Positions 9,440-19,838 of a DNA stretch of 64,000 nt are shown here, piece by piece. The translations under genes and the position numbers were made by a program. Origin of the DNA: an uncultured Actinomycetes bacterium (GTDB taxonomy: Bacteria > Actinomycetota > Actinomycetes > Mycobacteriales > Mycobacteriaceae); the NCBI GenBank assembly GCA_903877095.1, contig CAIRCP010000080.1, forward strand, positions 4,259 through 68,258, written 5' to 3'. Position 1 is the stretch's first letter, and each line of letters starts with the position of its first letter. Under the pieces are notes generated by a model. It saw only the letters and a list, made by a program, of their open reading frames with translations. It had not been told where the DNA came from and did not search any database.

Positions 9440-9896
9440 GGCGACTCTCCTGACTGAGGTAGTCCCGAGCCATCCGGTCGACATGGGCGGGAAGATCGCC
9501 GGACGCCACGTCGGCCAGGGTGGTCTCCTCGAGTACCGACCTCATGCTGGCGCGCAGCGCCCGCCAGACGTCGGCGAGCGCGGCCGTGGATCCGGAATAC
9601 GGCAGGTCGCCCAGTCCGATGTCGCGCACACTGGCCAGCGGGCCGTCGATACAGCGCAACACGTCGGCAATGCTGATCTGCTCCGCCGGACGGGCCAGTT
9701 CGTAACCGCCGTCACGGCCCCGGTGACTGCGGACCAGCCGGTCGGCCCGCAAGTCGGACAGGATGTCGACAAGGAACTGGGGCGGAATCCCTTGGGATTT
9801 CGCTATTTCTTCGGTGGTGAGCAGATTGCCGGCAGGAATCGACGCGAGTTCCGTCATCGCGCGGACGGCGTATTCCGCTTTCGCCGACATCCGCAT
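9420..9896 (-). CDS. Rrf2-family transcriptional regulator
   Basis: 158 aa. [39 protein letters not shown] is the canonical Rrf2 winged-helix N-terminus. Its position next to cysDN mirrors Rv1287. Confidence 0.9.
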   Translation of the reverse strand: MRMSAKAEYAVRAMTELASIPAGNLLTTEEIAKSQGIPPQFLVDILSDLRADRLVRSHRGRDGGYELARPAEQISIADVLRCIDGPLASVRDIGLGDLPYSGSTAALADVWRALRASMRSVLEETTLADVASGDLPAHVDRMARDYLSQESRRGRRSS

Positions 9897-9900
9897 GGCG

Positions 9901-10635
9901 CTAATCCAAGCTCACCGCGGCGATGACCGCATCGGCGAACCGCGGATCACACACCAGCAGGTCCGGCAGCAGCGGGTCCGGGCGGTTGTACCGCAGCGGA
10001 CTGCCGTCAATGCGCGAGGTGTGCAGTCCGGCGGCCCGCGCCACCGCGACCGGGGCCGCGGAGTCCCACTCGTATTGCCCGCCCGCATGCACGTAGACCT
10101 CCGCGCGGCCCTGCACCACCGCGGCGACTTTGGCCCCGGCCGAGCCCATCTCGACCAGGGTGCCGCCGAGCGCGTCGCGTACCTGCAGCGCCACGGCCGG
10201 CGGACGGGTGCGCGACACCACGATCCGCGGCGGCCCGGAGACCTCGGCGGGAGCCGTCACGTCGGGGGTGGCCAGCGTGACGCCCTGGGCCGGCAGAGCG
10301 ACCGCCCCGGCGACGAGTTCCCCCCGCTCCCACAACGCCACGTGCACCGCCCAGTCGTCGCGGCCGGGTTCGGAGAATTCGCGGGTTCCGTCGAGCGGGT
10401 CGACGATCCATACCCGTTCCGAGCGCAACCGGACCGGGTTGTCGACGCCCTCCTCGGACAGCACCGCATCGACCGGCCGCCGGCTCAATAGTTCCCGCAT
10501 CAGGAAGTCGTGGGAACTTTTGTCGCCCTGGGCTTTTCGATCCGAGGCCGGGGCGTCGGCGAACTCGGCACGCACCGTCAGCAGCAGTTCGCCTGCCCGG
10601 GTGGCCAACTCGGCGGCCAATTCGTGATCGTTCAC
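9901..10635 (-). CDS. cysQ: 3'(2'),5'-bisphosphate nucleotidase, inositol monophosphatase family
   Basis: 244 aa with IMPase-family motifs ([15 protein letters not shown]). 4-nt overlap with cysNC. Confidence 0.8.
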   Translation of the reverse strand: MNDHELAAELATRAGELLLTVRAEFADAPASDRKAQGDKSSHDFLMRELLSRRPVDAVLSEEGVDNPVRLRSERVWIVDPLDGTREFSEPGRDDWAVHVALWERGELVAGAVALPAQGVTLATPDVTAPAEVSGPPRIVVSRTRPPAVALQVRDALGGTLVEMGSAGAKVAAVVQGRAEVYVHAGGQYEWDSAAPVAVARAAGLHTSRIDGSPLRYNRPDPLLPDLLVCDPRFADAVIAAVSLD

Positions 10636-12521
10636 CCCCGCGACCCGATGAGCTCCACCACCTGGGCGGCCAGTTCGTCCACGGTGCGGTCGGGGGTTAG
10701 CCGCAGATCGGGACTCTTCGGCCGTTGATACGGGCTGTCGATGCCGGTGAAGTGAGTGATCTCACCACGGCGGGCCTTGGCGTACAGGCCTTTTGGATCT
10801 CGCCGTTCGCAGTCCTCCAACGGGGTGTCGACGAAGACCTCCAAGAACTCGATCCCGGCGGTGTCGTGCACGCCGCGGGCCAATTCGCGATGTTCCTGCA
10901 GCGGGCTGATCACCGGCACCATGACGGTGAGGCCGGCATCGGCCATCAGAGTCGCGACATGCGCCAGCCTGCGCAGGTTCTCGGCGCGGTCGGCCATGGT
11001 GAAACCGAGGTCGGCGTTGAGCCCGTGCCGCAGGTTGTCGCCGTCGAGAATGTAAGAGGGAGTTCCGCGTTCGAGCAGCATCCGCTCCACGACCACGGCC
11101 ACGGATGATTTTCCGGAGCCGGACAGGCCGGTGAACCACACGGTGCGGCCCTTGGTGAGCCGGTCAGCGACAGTGACCAGCGAGCGGTGCCGCACCGTAT
11201 TGGGCGAGGCGGTGCGACTCGACGCGGGCACGGTGTCGCGCACCATGCCCGCCGCCACGGTGACGTTGGTGTCGGGATCGATGAGGATGAACGATCCGGT
11301 GGCCGCATTGCGGGAGTACTCGTCGAGCAGCAGAGGCACCTGGGTGCGCAACGTGATCCGGCCGAGTTCGTTGAGCTTGAGCGCCGTTGCGCTCTTGTCG
11401 CGGTGCAGGGTGTTCACGTCGAGCCGGTAGTCCAGCGCGGTGACCCGGGCGCGGGTGGTGCGGGTGGTCTGTTTGATGACGTAGTCGCGGCCCGGCTCAC
11501 ACACCGCGTCGTCGGCCATCCAGCAGATCATCGCGTCGAATTCATCCGTGACGTCGGGTTGATTGTGCGGACGGGCCAGCATGTCACCGCGGGAGATGTC
11601 GATGTCGTCGGCCAGGCTGATCGACACCGCCATGGGCGGAAACGCTTCGGCCACCGGCCCATTGGGCCCGGCGATGGTGGTGATGCGGCTGGCTTTCCCG
11701 CTGGGCAGCACCACCACCTCGTCGCCCGGGCGCATGATGCCGCTGGCCATGGTGCCGGCGTAACTGCGATGGTCGGCGTGTTCGCGGGTCTGTGGCCGGA
11801 TGACGTACTGAACCGGGAATCTGGCGTCGACGAGATTGCGGTCGCCGGCGATGTAGACGTCCTCCAGATGGCTCAGCAGCGGCGGTCCGTCGTACCACGG
11901 GGCTTTCTCGGACTTGGTCACGACGTTATCGCCGGTGAGCGCCGAGATCGGGATCGTGGTCACATCGTGGACATCGAGGCGGGCTGCGAAAGCGTGGAAC
12001 TCGTCGCGAATCGCGTTGAACGGCGCGCGATCCCAGTCGATGAGGTCCATCTTGTTGACCGCCAGCACGATGTGCTGAACCCCCAGGAGCGAGGCCAGGA
12101 AGGCGTGGCGGCGGGACTGCTCCAGCAGTCCGGCGCGGGCGTCGACGAGGACGATCACCAACTGTGCGGTGGACGCACCGGTCACCATGTTGCGGGTGTA
12201 CTGAATATGACCCGGGGTGTCGGCGATGATGAATTTCCGCTTCGCAGTGGCGAAATAGCGGTAGGCGACGTCGATGGTGATGCCCTGCTCGCGCTCCGAA
12301 CGCAGGCCGTCGGTCACCAGGGCCAGGTCGGTGTAGTCGTTGCCGCGTTCGCGCGAAGTGCGTTCGACGGCGGCGAGTTGGTCCTCCATGACGGCCTTGG
12401 AGTCGTACAGCAGCCGGCCGATCAGGGTGGACTTGCCGTCATCGACGGAACCGGCGGTGGCCAGGCGGAGCAGGGATCCGGAGGGCAGGCGCGAAGCGAC
12501 TGGGGAGTTGGATTCGGGCAT
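10632..12521 (-). CDS. cysN: bifunctional sulfate adenylyltransferase subunit 1 / adenylylsulfate kinase
   Basis: 629 aa. GTPase motifs (GSVDDGKST, DTPGH, NKMD) followed by an APS kinase domain (GLSGSGKSS). Confidence 0.95.
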   Translation of the reverse strand: MPESNSPVASRLPSGSLLRLATAGSVDDGKSTLIGRLLYDSKAVMEDQLAAVERTSRERGNDYTDLALVTDGLRSEREQGITIDVAYRYFATAKRKFIIADTPGHIQYTRNMVTGASTAQLVIVLVDARAGLLEQSRRHAFLASLLGVQHIVLAVNKMDLIDWDRAPFNAIRDEFHAFAARLDVHDVTTIPISALTGDNVVTKSEKAPWYDGPPLLSHLEDVYIAGDRNLVDARFPVQYVIRPQTREHADHRSYAGTMASGIMRPGDEVVVLPSGKASRITTIAGPNGPVAEAFPPMAVSISLADDIDISRGDMLARPHNQPDVTDEFDAMICWMADDAVCEPGRDYVIKQTTRTTRARVTALDYRLDVNTLHRDKSATALKLNELGRITLRTQVPLLLDEYSRNAATGSFILIDPDTNVTVAAGMVRDTVPASSRTASPNTVRHRSLVTVADRLTKGRTVWFTGLSGSGKSSVAVVVERMLLERGTPSYILDGDNLRHGLNADLGFTMADRAENLRRLAHVATLMADAGLTVMVPVISPLQEHRELARGVHDTAGIEFLEVFVDTPLEDCERRDPKGLYAKARRGEITHFTGIDSPYQRPKSPDLRLTPDRTVDELAAQVVELIGSRG

Positions 12522-13480
12522 CAGAAGTAGCCCTCCCGCTTGCGGTCTTCCATACCGGCCTCGGAGATGCGGTCGTCGGCCCGGGTGGCGCCGCGCTCGG
12601 TGAGCCTGGAGAGAGCGGTCTCAGCGATCACGTCCTCGACGGTGGCGGCAGTGGACTCCACACAGCCGGTGCAGGTCACGTCTCCGACGGTGCGGAACCG
12701 GACCGACGCGTCGAACACCTCCTCCTCGGTGGCGGGTTGCAGGAACCGGTGCACGGCCAGCAGCATCCCGTCGCGCCGGAACACCGGCCGCCGGTGGGCG
12801 TAGTAGATGGCGGGCAGTTCGATGCCCTCCTCGCCGATGTAGGCCCAGATGTCGTATTCGGTCCAGTTGGAGAGCGGGAATGCCCGGATGTGCTCGCCCT
12901 TGCGGTGCCGGCCGTTGTACAGGTTCCACAGTTCGGGCCGCTGCGCCTTGGGATTCCACTGCCCGAACTCGTCGCGGAAGCTGAACACGCGCTCCTTGGC
13001 GCGGGCCTTCTCCTCGTCGCGCCGGGCACCGCCGAAGGCGGCGTCGAACCCGTTCTCCCGGATCGCCCGCAACAGGGTCACCGTCTGCAGTGGGTTGCGG
13101 GACGGGCCGTTGTCGACCACCCGGCCGGCGTCGATGTCGTCCTGCACATTGGCCACCACCAGGCGCAACCCGTAGCGCTCGACGAGAGCGTCGCGGGTGG
13201 AGATGACCTCGTCGAAATTGTGGCCGGTGTCGACATGCATGACCGGGAACGGCACCCGCGCGGGCGCGAAAGCCTTGATGGCCAGGTGCAGCATGACGAT
13301 CGAGTCCTTGCCGCCGGAGAACAGCAGCACGGGACGTTCGAACTCGGCGGCCACCTCGCGGATGATGTGGATGGCCTCCGCCTCCAGCGAGCGCAGTTGG
13401 CTCAGTTCGTACTGGCCGGGCTGCGGGCGGGCGGGGTCGTGCTGGCCCGGCAGCGGCCGGGCCGCCAGCGAGTTGGCCAT
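12521..13480 (-). CDS. cysD: sulfate adenylyltransferase subunit 2
   Basis: 319 aa with a PAPS-reductase-like fold and the LFSGGKDS PP-loop. ATGA overlap with cysNC. Confidence 0.95.
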   Translation of the reverse strand: MANSLAARPLPGQHDPARPQPGQYELSQLRSLEAEAIHIIREVAAEFERPVLLFSGGKDSIVMLHLAIKAFAPARVPFPVMHVDTGHNFDEVISTRDALVERYGLRLVVANVQDDIDAGRVVDNGPSRNPLQTVTLLRAIRENGFDAAFGGARRDEEKARAKERVFSFRDEFGQWNPKAQRPELWNLYNGRHRKGEHIRAFPLSNWTEYDIWAYIGEEGIELPAIYYAHRRPVFRRDGMLLAVHRFLQPATEEEVFDASVRFRTVGDVTCTGCVESTAATVEDVIAETALSRLTERGATRADDRISEAGMEDRKREGYF

Positions 13481-13635
13481 TTTTCCTCGAAAAGTTGGTA
13501 GATTTGACCAGATTAACCGGAGTCAGGGCCCATTAATCCACCCGCCGAGGTGGCATGTCAAACACACCGCCGACATTGCGTACAGATCGCGATTCCGAGC
13601 GGAAACGCGACCTGGACGCAGCGTCGATGAAGTCG

Positions 13636-14127
13636 TTAGAGCGTGACCTCGTGCAATTTGCCGGTGGCCACATCGAAGACGAACCCCCGCGCCGAACTGT
13701 GCAGCGTGACGAACGGGCTGGCCTGGATGCGGCGCAGCGACTGCCGAACGTCCTCCTCGACGTCGGGGAACGACTCCGCGGCCCATTCCGGCTTGATGCC
13801 GGTGTCCTTCTGGATGCCGGCCTTGAAGTCGTCGTCGGTGAACGTCAACATGCCACAGTCGGTGTGGTGGATCAGGACGATCTCCCGGGTGCCCAGCAGC
13901 CGCTGGCTGATGGCCAGCGAGCGGATCTCGTCGTCGGTGACCACACCGCCGGCGTTTCGGATGACGTGGGCCTCACCCTCCTTGAGACCGAGGATGCGAT
14001 AGACGTCCATCCGGGCGTCCATGCAGGCCACCACTGCCAGATGCCTGCTGGGGGGCAGGGGCAGTGGGCCGGAGAAGGTCTTGGCGTACTCGGCGTTGTT
14101 GGCCAGGTACTCGTCGGTCACGCTCAC
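13636..14127 (-). CDS. canA: beta-class carbonic anhydrase
   Basis: 163 aa with zinc-ligand motifs VACMDARMD and HHTDCGM. Same neighbourhood as Rv1284. Confidence 0.9.
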   Translation of the reverse strand: MSVTDEYLANNAEYAKTFSGPLPLPPSRHLAVVACMDARMDVYRILGLKEGEAHVIRNAGGVVTDDEIRSLAISQRLLGTREIVLIHHTDCGMLTFTDDDFKAGIQKDTGIKPEWAAESFPDVEEDVRQSLRRIQASPFVTLHSSARGFVFDVATGKLHEVTL

Positions 14128-14321
14128 TGGGCAGCCTCCTGTCGTTGACGGCCCCGATGGTAGCGACCGGCCGGGCCGGTGTCAGCGGCTGGAATCGGCG
14201 TGATCGCAACAGCCGTAGCCGTGGCTACCGCGGAGAAACGTAAGTCATCTCCTACCCTGTGCTGCATGCAATGGCCGGCCGTCGCTGCCTTCGGCAGCCT
14301 GGGACCCCGCGTGCGGCGCCG

Positions 14322-15299
14322 ATGATCCGGTTTCTGGCACGACGGCTGCTCAACTACGTGGTGCTGCTGGCAGTTGCGTCGTTCCTGACGTTCGCGCTGA
14401 CGTCGTACTCCTTCCAGCCGTTGGACGGCCTGCTGCAGCGCAACCCGCGTCCGCCGCAGGCGGTCATCGACGCCAAAGCGGCCGAACTCGACCTCGACAA
14501 GCCGATACCGCTGCGCTACGCGCATTGGGTGTCCGGGGCGGTGCGGGGTGACTTCGGCACGACGGTCAACAGCCAGCCCGTTGCCGACGAACTGTGGCGC
14601 CGCATCGGGGTGAGCCTGCGCCTGCTGGTGATCGGCTCGGTATTGGGCACGCTGATCGGCGTGGCGATCGGCGCGTGGGGCGCGATCCGCCAGTACCGGT
14701 TCTCCGATCGGGCGGTGACGCTGATGTCGCTGCTGATCATCAGCACCCCGACTTCCGTGTTGGCCAACCTGCTGATCCTGGGTGCACTCAACGTCAATTC
14801 CATTCTGGGAGTTCAGCTTTTCGAGTTCACCGGGGAAACCGCACCGGTGCCGGTGAGTGGCGCCTGGAACCAGTTCGTCGACCGCCTGCAGCATCTGGTA
14901 CTTCCGACGATGACGCTGGCGCTGTTCTCCATCGCCGGGTACAGCCGGTATCAGCGCAACGCCATGCTCGACGTACTCGGCCAGGATTTCATCCGCACCG
15001 CCCGGGCCAAGGGGCTGACCCGCCGGCAGGCGTTGATCAAGCACGGCCTGCGCACCGCGCTGATCCCGATGGCGACCCTGTTCGCCTACAGCGTCGCCGG
15101 ACTGGTCACCGGTGCGGTGTTCGTGGAGAAGATCTTCGGCTGGCACGGCATGGGCGAATGGGTCGTCCAGGGCATCGCCACCCAGGACACCAACATCATC
15201 GCGGCCATCACGGTGTTCTCCGGTGCGGTCGTGCTGCTGGCCGGCCTGCTCTCCGATGTCATCTACGCGATCCTCGACCCGAGGGTGCGGGTGACATGA
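14322..15299 (+). CDS. oppB: oligopeptide ABC transporter permease
   Basis: [16 protein letters not shown].. is a typical DppB/OppB N-terminus. The permease EAA-type region is ARAKGL. The track ORF starts at 14259, but the ATG at 14322 fits the family N-terminus. Confidence 0.9.
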   Translation: MIRFLARRLLNYVVLLAVASFLTFALTSYSFQPLDGLLQRNPRPPQAVIDAKAAELDLDKPIPLRYAHWVSGAVRGDFGTTVNSQPVADELWRRIGVSLRLLVIGSVLGTLIGVAIGAWGAIRQYRFSDRAVTLMSLLIISTPTSVLANLLILGALNVNSILGVQLFEFTGETAPVPVSGAWNQFVDRLQHLVLPTMTLALFSIAGYSRYQRNAMLDVLGQDFIRTARAKGLTRRQALIKHGLRTALIPMATLFAYSVAGLVTGAVFVEKIFGWHGMGEWVVQGIATQDTNIIAAITVFSGAVVLLAGLLSDVIYAILDPRVRVT

Positions 15300-16237
15300 C
15301 CAGCGCGGAAATGGGCGGGGCCCTTTCGAATCCGGGCGGGGCGGATCCGGCACCCGTCGAGTCCTTCGTCTCCCGGCGCACCCTGGTGACCCGCCGCTTC
15401 GTCAGGAACAGGCTGGCGGTCGCCTCGCTCGCGGTACTGGTGGTGATGTTCGTCGCCGCCTACGCCTTGCCGCCGCTGCTGCCCTACTCGCACACCGACA
15501 TCGACTTCTATGCCCTGCAGAGCCCGCCCAGCCCGCAGCACTGGTTCGGCACCAACGCCATCGGCCAGGACATCCTCGCCCAGGTGCTGCGCGGCACGCA
15601 GAAGTCGATGCTGATCGGCGTGTGCGTCGCCGTCATCTCCACGACGATCGCCGCGACCGTCGGATCGGTGGCGGGCTACTTCGGCGGCTGGCGCGACCGC
15701 GCGCTGATGGCGTTTGTCGATCTGCTGCTGGTGGTGCCGAGCTTCATCCTGATCGCGATCACCACGCCGCGCACCAAGAACTCGGCCAACATCGCCCTGC
15801 TGATCGTCTTGCTGGCCGCGTTCAACTGGATGGTCAGTTCCCGGATGGTGCGCGGGCTCACCATGAGCCTGCGGGAGCGCGAATACGTTCAGGCCGCCCG
15901 CTATATGGGTGTGCCCAGCCGGCGGATCATCGCCCGCCACATCGTGCCCAACGTCGCCTCGATTCTCATCATCGACACCGCGTTGAACGTCGGCGCGGCG
16001 ATCCTGGCCGAGACGGGCCTGAGTTTCCTCGGTTTCGGCGTGCAGCCGCCCGACGTGTCGCTGGGCACTCTGATCGCCGACGGCACCAAGTCGGCGACCA
16101 CCTTCCCGTGGGTCTTCCTGTTTCCCGCCACCGTGCTGGTGCTGATCATCCTGTGCGCCAACCTGATCGGCGACGGGCTGCGCGACGCGCTGGACCCCGG
16201 CAGCGCCAACCTGCAACGCCGGAAGTCCAAGCCGTGA
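15296..16237 (+). CDS. oppC: oligopeptide ABC transporter permease
   Basis: ATGA overlap with oppB. DppC/OppC-type permease with ARYMGV in the EAA loop. The longer track ORF (from 14594) is an out-of-context upstream extension. Confidence 0.9.
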   Translation: MTSAEMGGALSNPGGADPAPVESFVSRRTLVTRRFVRNRLAVASLAVLVVMFVAAYALPPLLPYSHTDIDFYALQSPPSPQHWFGTNAIGQDILAQVLRGTQKSMLIGVCVAVISTTIAATVGSVAGYFGGWRDRALMAFVDLLLVVPSFILIAITTPRTKNSANIALLIVLLAAFNWMVSSRMVRGLTMSLREREYVQAARYMGVPSRRIIARHIVPNVASILIIDTALNVGAAILAETGLSFLGFGVQPPDVSLGTLIADGTKSATTFPWVFLFPATVLVLIILCANLIGDGLRDALDPGSANLQRRKSKP

Positions 16238-18069
16238 GCCTGCTTTCGGTGACCGACCTGTCGGTGACCTTCCCCACCGACAACGGCGAACTGAGAGCCG
16301 TCCGCGGGCTGAGCTACCAGGTCGCCCCCCGCGAGGTGGTGGCGATGGTCGGCGAGTCCGGCTCCGGCAAGTCCGCAGCCGCCATGGCGGTGATCGGCCT
16401 GCTGCCGGAGTACGCCGATGTCAGCGGGTCGGTCCAACTGGACGGCCAGGAACTGCTGGGGATGTCCGACGAGGCGATGTCGCGGATTCGCGGGCGTCGC
16501 ATCGGCACGGTGTTCCAGGACCCGATGTCGGCGCTCACGCCGGTGTACACCGTCGGCGACCAGATCGCCGAGGCGATCCGCATTCACCAACCCGACGTCA
16601 GCAAGGCGGCCGCCCGGCGACAGGCCACCGAACTGCTGGAACTGGTGGGCATCAACCAGCCCGAACGGCGGGCCCGGGCCTTCCCGCACGAACTGTCCGG
16701 CGGTGAGCGTCAGCGTGTCGTGATCGCCATCGCGATCTCGTGCGACCCCGACCTGATCATCTGCGACGAGCCGACGACCGCCCTGGACGTCACCGTGCAG
16801 GCCCAGATCCTCGACGTACTCCGGACCGCCCGCGACGTCACGAACGCCGGAGTGCTGATCATCACCCATGACCTCGGGGTGGTGGCGGAGTTCGCCGACC
16901 GGGCCGTCGTGATGTACGCCGGCCGCCCGGTCGAAGCCGCGGCTGTCGAGGATCTCTATTCCGACCGCCGAATGCCCTACACCGCAGGGCTTTTGGGCTC
17001 AGCGCCCCGACTCGACGCGCCGCGCGGGCAGCGGCTGGTGCCGATTCCCGGAGCGCCGCCGTCGCTGGTGACCCTGCCGCCGGGGTGTCCGTTCGCCCCG
17101 CGCTGCCCGCTGGCGATCGACGACTGCCTGGTGGGCGAACCCGCGCTGCTGCCGGTATCCGACGGGCATACGGCCGCCTGCATTCGCACCGACCAGGTCG
17201 CCGGGCGCAGTGCCGCCGAGATCTACGGCGTGGCTCTCGATGCCCCCGAATCGGACACCGACGCCGACCCGCCGGTTGTCGTGCGGGTGCGGGATGTGTC
17301 GCGGACCTTCCGGCTGACCAAGGGCGTGGTGTTCCGGCGGCAGATCGGCGAGGTGCGCGCCGTCGACCACGTCAGCTTCGATCTTCAACAGGGCCGCACG
17401 CTGGGCATCGTCGGGGAGTCCGGATCGGGGAAATCGACCACACTGCACGAGATCCTGGAACTCACGCGCCCGCAGTCCGGGTCCATCGAGGTGCTGGGCA
17501 ACGACGTGGCCACGCTGACCAACGAACGCCGCCGCGCGCTGCGCAGCGATCTGCAGGTGGTCTTCCAGGACCCGGTGGCCTCGCTGGACCCTCGCCTGCC
17601 GGTGTTCGACCTCCTCGCAGAACCCCTGCACGCCAACGGTTTCGACAAAGGCGCCACCGACACCCGGGTTGCGGAAATGCTGGAGATCGTCGGGCTGCGC
17701 CGCGCCGACGCCAGCCGCTACCCCGGGGAGTTCTCCGGCGGGCAGAAGCAGCGCATCGGAATCGCCCGCGCGCTGGCCCTTCAGCCCAAGATTCTCGCGC
17801 TCGACGAACCGGTGTCGGCGCTGGACGTGTCCATCCAGGCGGGCATCATCAACCTGCTGCTGGACCTGCAGCGCGATTTCGGCCTGTCCTACCTGTTCGT
17901 CTCGCACGACCTGTCGGTGGTCAAACACCTGGCCCACACAGTGGCGGTGATGTACCGCGGTGCGATTGTCGAGTACGGCGACAGCGATGAGGTCTTCGCC
18001 AACCCACAGAACGAGTACACCCGGCGACTGCTGGCTGCGATACCCAAACCGGACCCGTCGCGCCGTTAA
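16234..18069 (+). CDS. oppD: oligopeptide ABC transporter, fused double ATP-binding protein
   Basis: GTGA overlap with oppC. Two nucleotide-binding domains, each with Walker A (GESGSGKS twice), a signature (LSGGERQR; FSGGQKQR) and Walker B. About 611 aa, similar to Rv1281c. Confidence 0.9.
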   Translation: MSLLSVTDLSVTFPTDNGELRAVRGLSYQVAPREVVAMVGESGSGKSAAAMAVIGLLPEYADVSGSVQLDGQELLGMSDEAMSRIRGRRIGTVFQDPMSALTPVYTVGDQIAEAIRIHQPDVSKAAARRQATELLELVGINQPERRARAFPHELSGGERQRVVIAIAISCDPDLIICDEPTTALDVTVQAQILDVLRTARDVTNAGVLIITHDLGVVAEFADRAVVMYAGRPVEAAAVEDLYSDRRMPYTAGLLGSAPRLDAPRGQRLVPIPGAPPSLVTLPPGCPFAPRCPLAIDDCLVGEPALLPVSDGHTAACIRTDQVAGRSAAEIYGVALDAPESDTDADPPVVVRVRDVSRTFRLTKGVVFRRQIGEVRAVDHVSFDLQQGRTLGIVGESGSGKSTTLHEILELTRPQSGSIEVLGNDVATLTNERRRALRSDLQVVFQDPVASLDPRLPVFDLLAEPLHANGFDKGATDTRVAEMLEIVGLRRADASRYPGEFSGGQKQRIGIARALALQPKILALDEPVSALDVSIQAGIINLLLDLQRDFGLSYLFVSHDLSVVKHLAHTVAVMYRGAIVEYGDSDEVFANPQNEYTRRLLAAIPKPDPSRR

Positions 18070-18079
18070 GCTGCCACAC

Positions 18080-19756
18080 GTGACTGCACTGATCCGCCGC
18101 ATGGCGGTCCTGTTCCTCGGGCTGATTCTGGTTCTCGCCGGCTGCGCCACCAACACCAACCGCACCGCGTCGTCGCCGGGCGGCAACGCCGAACTCGGCA
18201 AGTCCAGCGACACCAACCCACAGGAACCGTCCGCCCTGAAGCAGGGCGGCAATCTGCGCCTGGCCATCGGCGCGTTGCCGTCGAACTTCAACACCCTCAA
18301 CATCGACGGCAACGAGGCTGACACCGCTGCGCTGCTGCGGCCCACCATGCCGCGGGCCTTCGTCATCGCGCCGGACGGGTCGATGAAGGTCAACACCGAC
18401 TACTTCACCAGCGTCGAGTTGACCAGCACCAAACCCCAGGTGGTCACCTACACGATCAACCCGAAGGCGACCTGGTCGGACGGAGCGCCAATCACCTGGG
18501 AGGACATCGCCGCCCAGATCTCCGCCACCAACGGCAAGGACAAGGCGTTCGCGATCGCCTCGCCCAACGGCTCGGACCGGGTCGCCTCGGTGACCCGTGG
18601 GGCCGACGACCGGCAGGCGGTCATGACCTTCGCCCAGAACTATCCCGAGTGGCGCGGCATGTTCGCCGGCAACACCATGCTGCTGCCCAAGAGCATGACG
18701 GCGACCCCCGACGTGTTCAACAAGGGACAACTCGACAAACCCGGACCGTCGGCCGGGCCGTTCATCGTCTCGTCGGTGGACAAGACAGCTCAGCGAATCA
18801 CGTTGAGCCGCAACTCCAAATGGTGGGGCACCCCGCCCCTGCTGGACTCCGTCACCTATCTGGCGCTCGATGACGCGGCTCGAATCCCGGCGCTGCAGAA
18901 CAACACCATCGACGCCACCGGAATCGCCACACTCGACGAGTTGAAGATCGCCGAGAGCACTGCCGGGATCGCACTCCGCCGCGCACCGGGACCCAGCTGG
19001 TACCACCTGACGTTCAACGGGGCGCCCGGCTCGATCCTGTCCGACAAGGCGCTGCGGCAGGCGGTGGCCAAGGGCATCGACCGCCAGGCCATCGTCAACG
19101 TGTCCCAGCGGGGGCTGGTCGACAATCCCACCCCACTGGGTAACCACATCTTCGTCGCCGGTCAGGACGGCTACCAGGACAACAGCGCCGTCGTCGCCTA
19201 CGACCCGGAGAAGGCCAAGGCCGAACTGGACGCGCTGGGCTGGAAGCAGAACGGAGAGTTCCGCGCCAAGGACGGCAAGCAACTGGTGATCCGCGACGTG
19301 CTCTACGACTCGCAAAGCGGCCGGCAGGTGGCACAGGTCGCCCAGAACAGCCTGGCGCAGATCGGGGTCAAGCTCGAACTCGACGTCAAGCCCGCCAGCG
19401 GCTTCTTCACCAACTTCGTCAACGTCGGCGACTTCGACATCACCCAGTTCTCCTGGGTGGGCGACGCCTTCTCGCTGTGCTGCCTGAACCAGATGTTCAC
19501 CACCGGCGCGGAGAGCAACTTCGGCAAGATCTCCTCACCGGAGATCGACGCCAAGGTCGAGGAGGTGCTCGACGAACTCGACCCGACCAAGGCGCGGGCG
19601 CTGGCCAACGACGTCGATGCGATGCTGTGGGACGAAGTGTTCAGCCTCGCGCTGTTCCAGTCCCCGGGCAATGTCGCGGTGCGCAGCAACCTGGCTAACT
19701 TCGGGCCGGCCGGAATCGGCGACTTGGACTACAGCGCAATTGGTTTCATGAAGTAG
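18080..19756 (+). CDS. oppA: oligopeptide-binding lipoprotein (family 5 SBP)
   Basis: Signal peptide with lipobox LVLAGC followed by a family 5 solute-binding fold. The start could be GTG 18080 or ATG 18101. Confidence 0.85.
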   Translation: MTALIRRMAVLFLGLILVLAGCATNTNRTASSPGGNAELGKSSDTNPQEPSALKQGGNLRLAIGALPSNFNTLNIDGNEADTAALLRPTMPRAFVIAPDGSMKVNTDYFTSVELTSTKPQVVTYTINPKATWSDGAPITWEDIAAQISATNGKDKAFAIASPNGSDRVASVTRGADDRQAVMTFAQNYPEWRGMFAGNTMLLPKSMTATPDVFNKGQLDKPGPSAGPFIVSSVDKTAQRITLSRNSKWWGTPPLLDSVTYLALDDAARIPALQNNTIDATGIATLDELKIAESTAGIALRRAPGPSWYHLTFNGAPGSILSDKALRQAVAKGIDRQAIVNVSQRGLVDNPTPLGNHIFVAGQDGYQDNSAVVAYDPEKAKAELDALGWKQNGEFRAKDGKQLVIRDVLYDSQSGRQVAQVAQNSLAQIGVKLELDVKPASGFFTNFVNVGDFDITQFSWVGDAFSLCCLNQMFTTGAESNFGKISSPEIDAKVEEVLDELDPTKARALANDVDAMLWDEVFSLALFQSPGNVAVRSNLANFGPAGIGDLDYSAIGFMK

Positions 19757-19838
19757 CCGGGCCGGCGTAACCGGGAAATCGGTCTCTGCCGATAACGTCG
19801 CGGCGACCGGACCTGGGTCGCTTGACGGCGTTCTCGGC

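Noticed and set aside
9420-9484. 65-nt overlap between rrf2 and the TDT transporter ORF as an unusual gene overlap.
   Set aside because: It is better explained by a downstream GTG start at 9439 with an AGGAGAG SD, which leaves a modest 20-nt overlap.
13481-13635. AT-richer cysD upstream spacer with ATTAACCGG..CCCATTAATCC motifs as a possible sulfur-responsive operator or riboswitch.
   Set aside because: There is no recognisable riboswitch fold or known operator consensus. It is probably just the promoter region.
14215-14228. Palindrome GTAGCC-GT-GGCTAC in the canA/oppB divergent spacer as a candidate operator.
   Set aside because: A 6+6 palindrome is expected by chance many times in 64 kb of GC-rich DNA, and there is no supporting second site.
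19803-19821. Short hairpin (GCGACC..GGTCGC) between the convergent oppA and CoA-transferase genes as a terminator.
   Set aside because: It has only a 6-bp stem and no U-tract, so it is not distinguishable from background.
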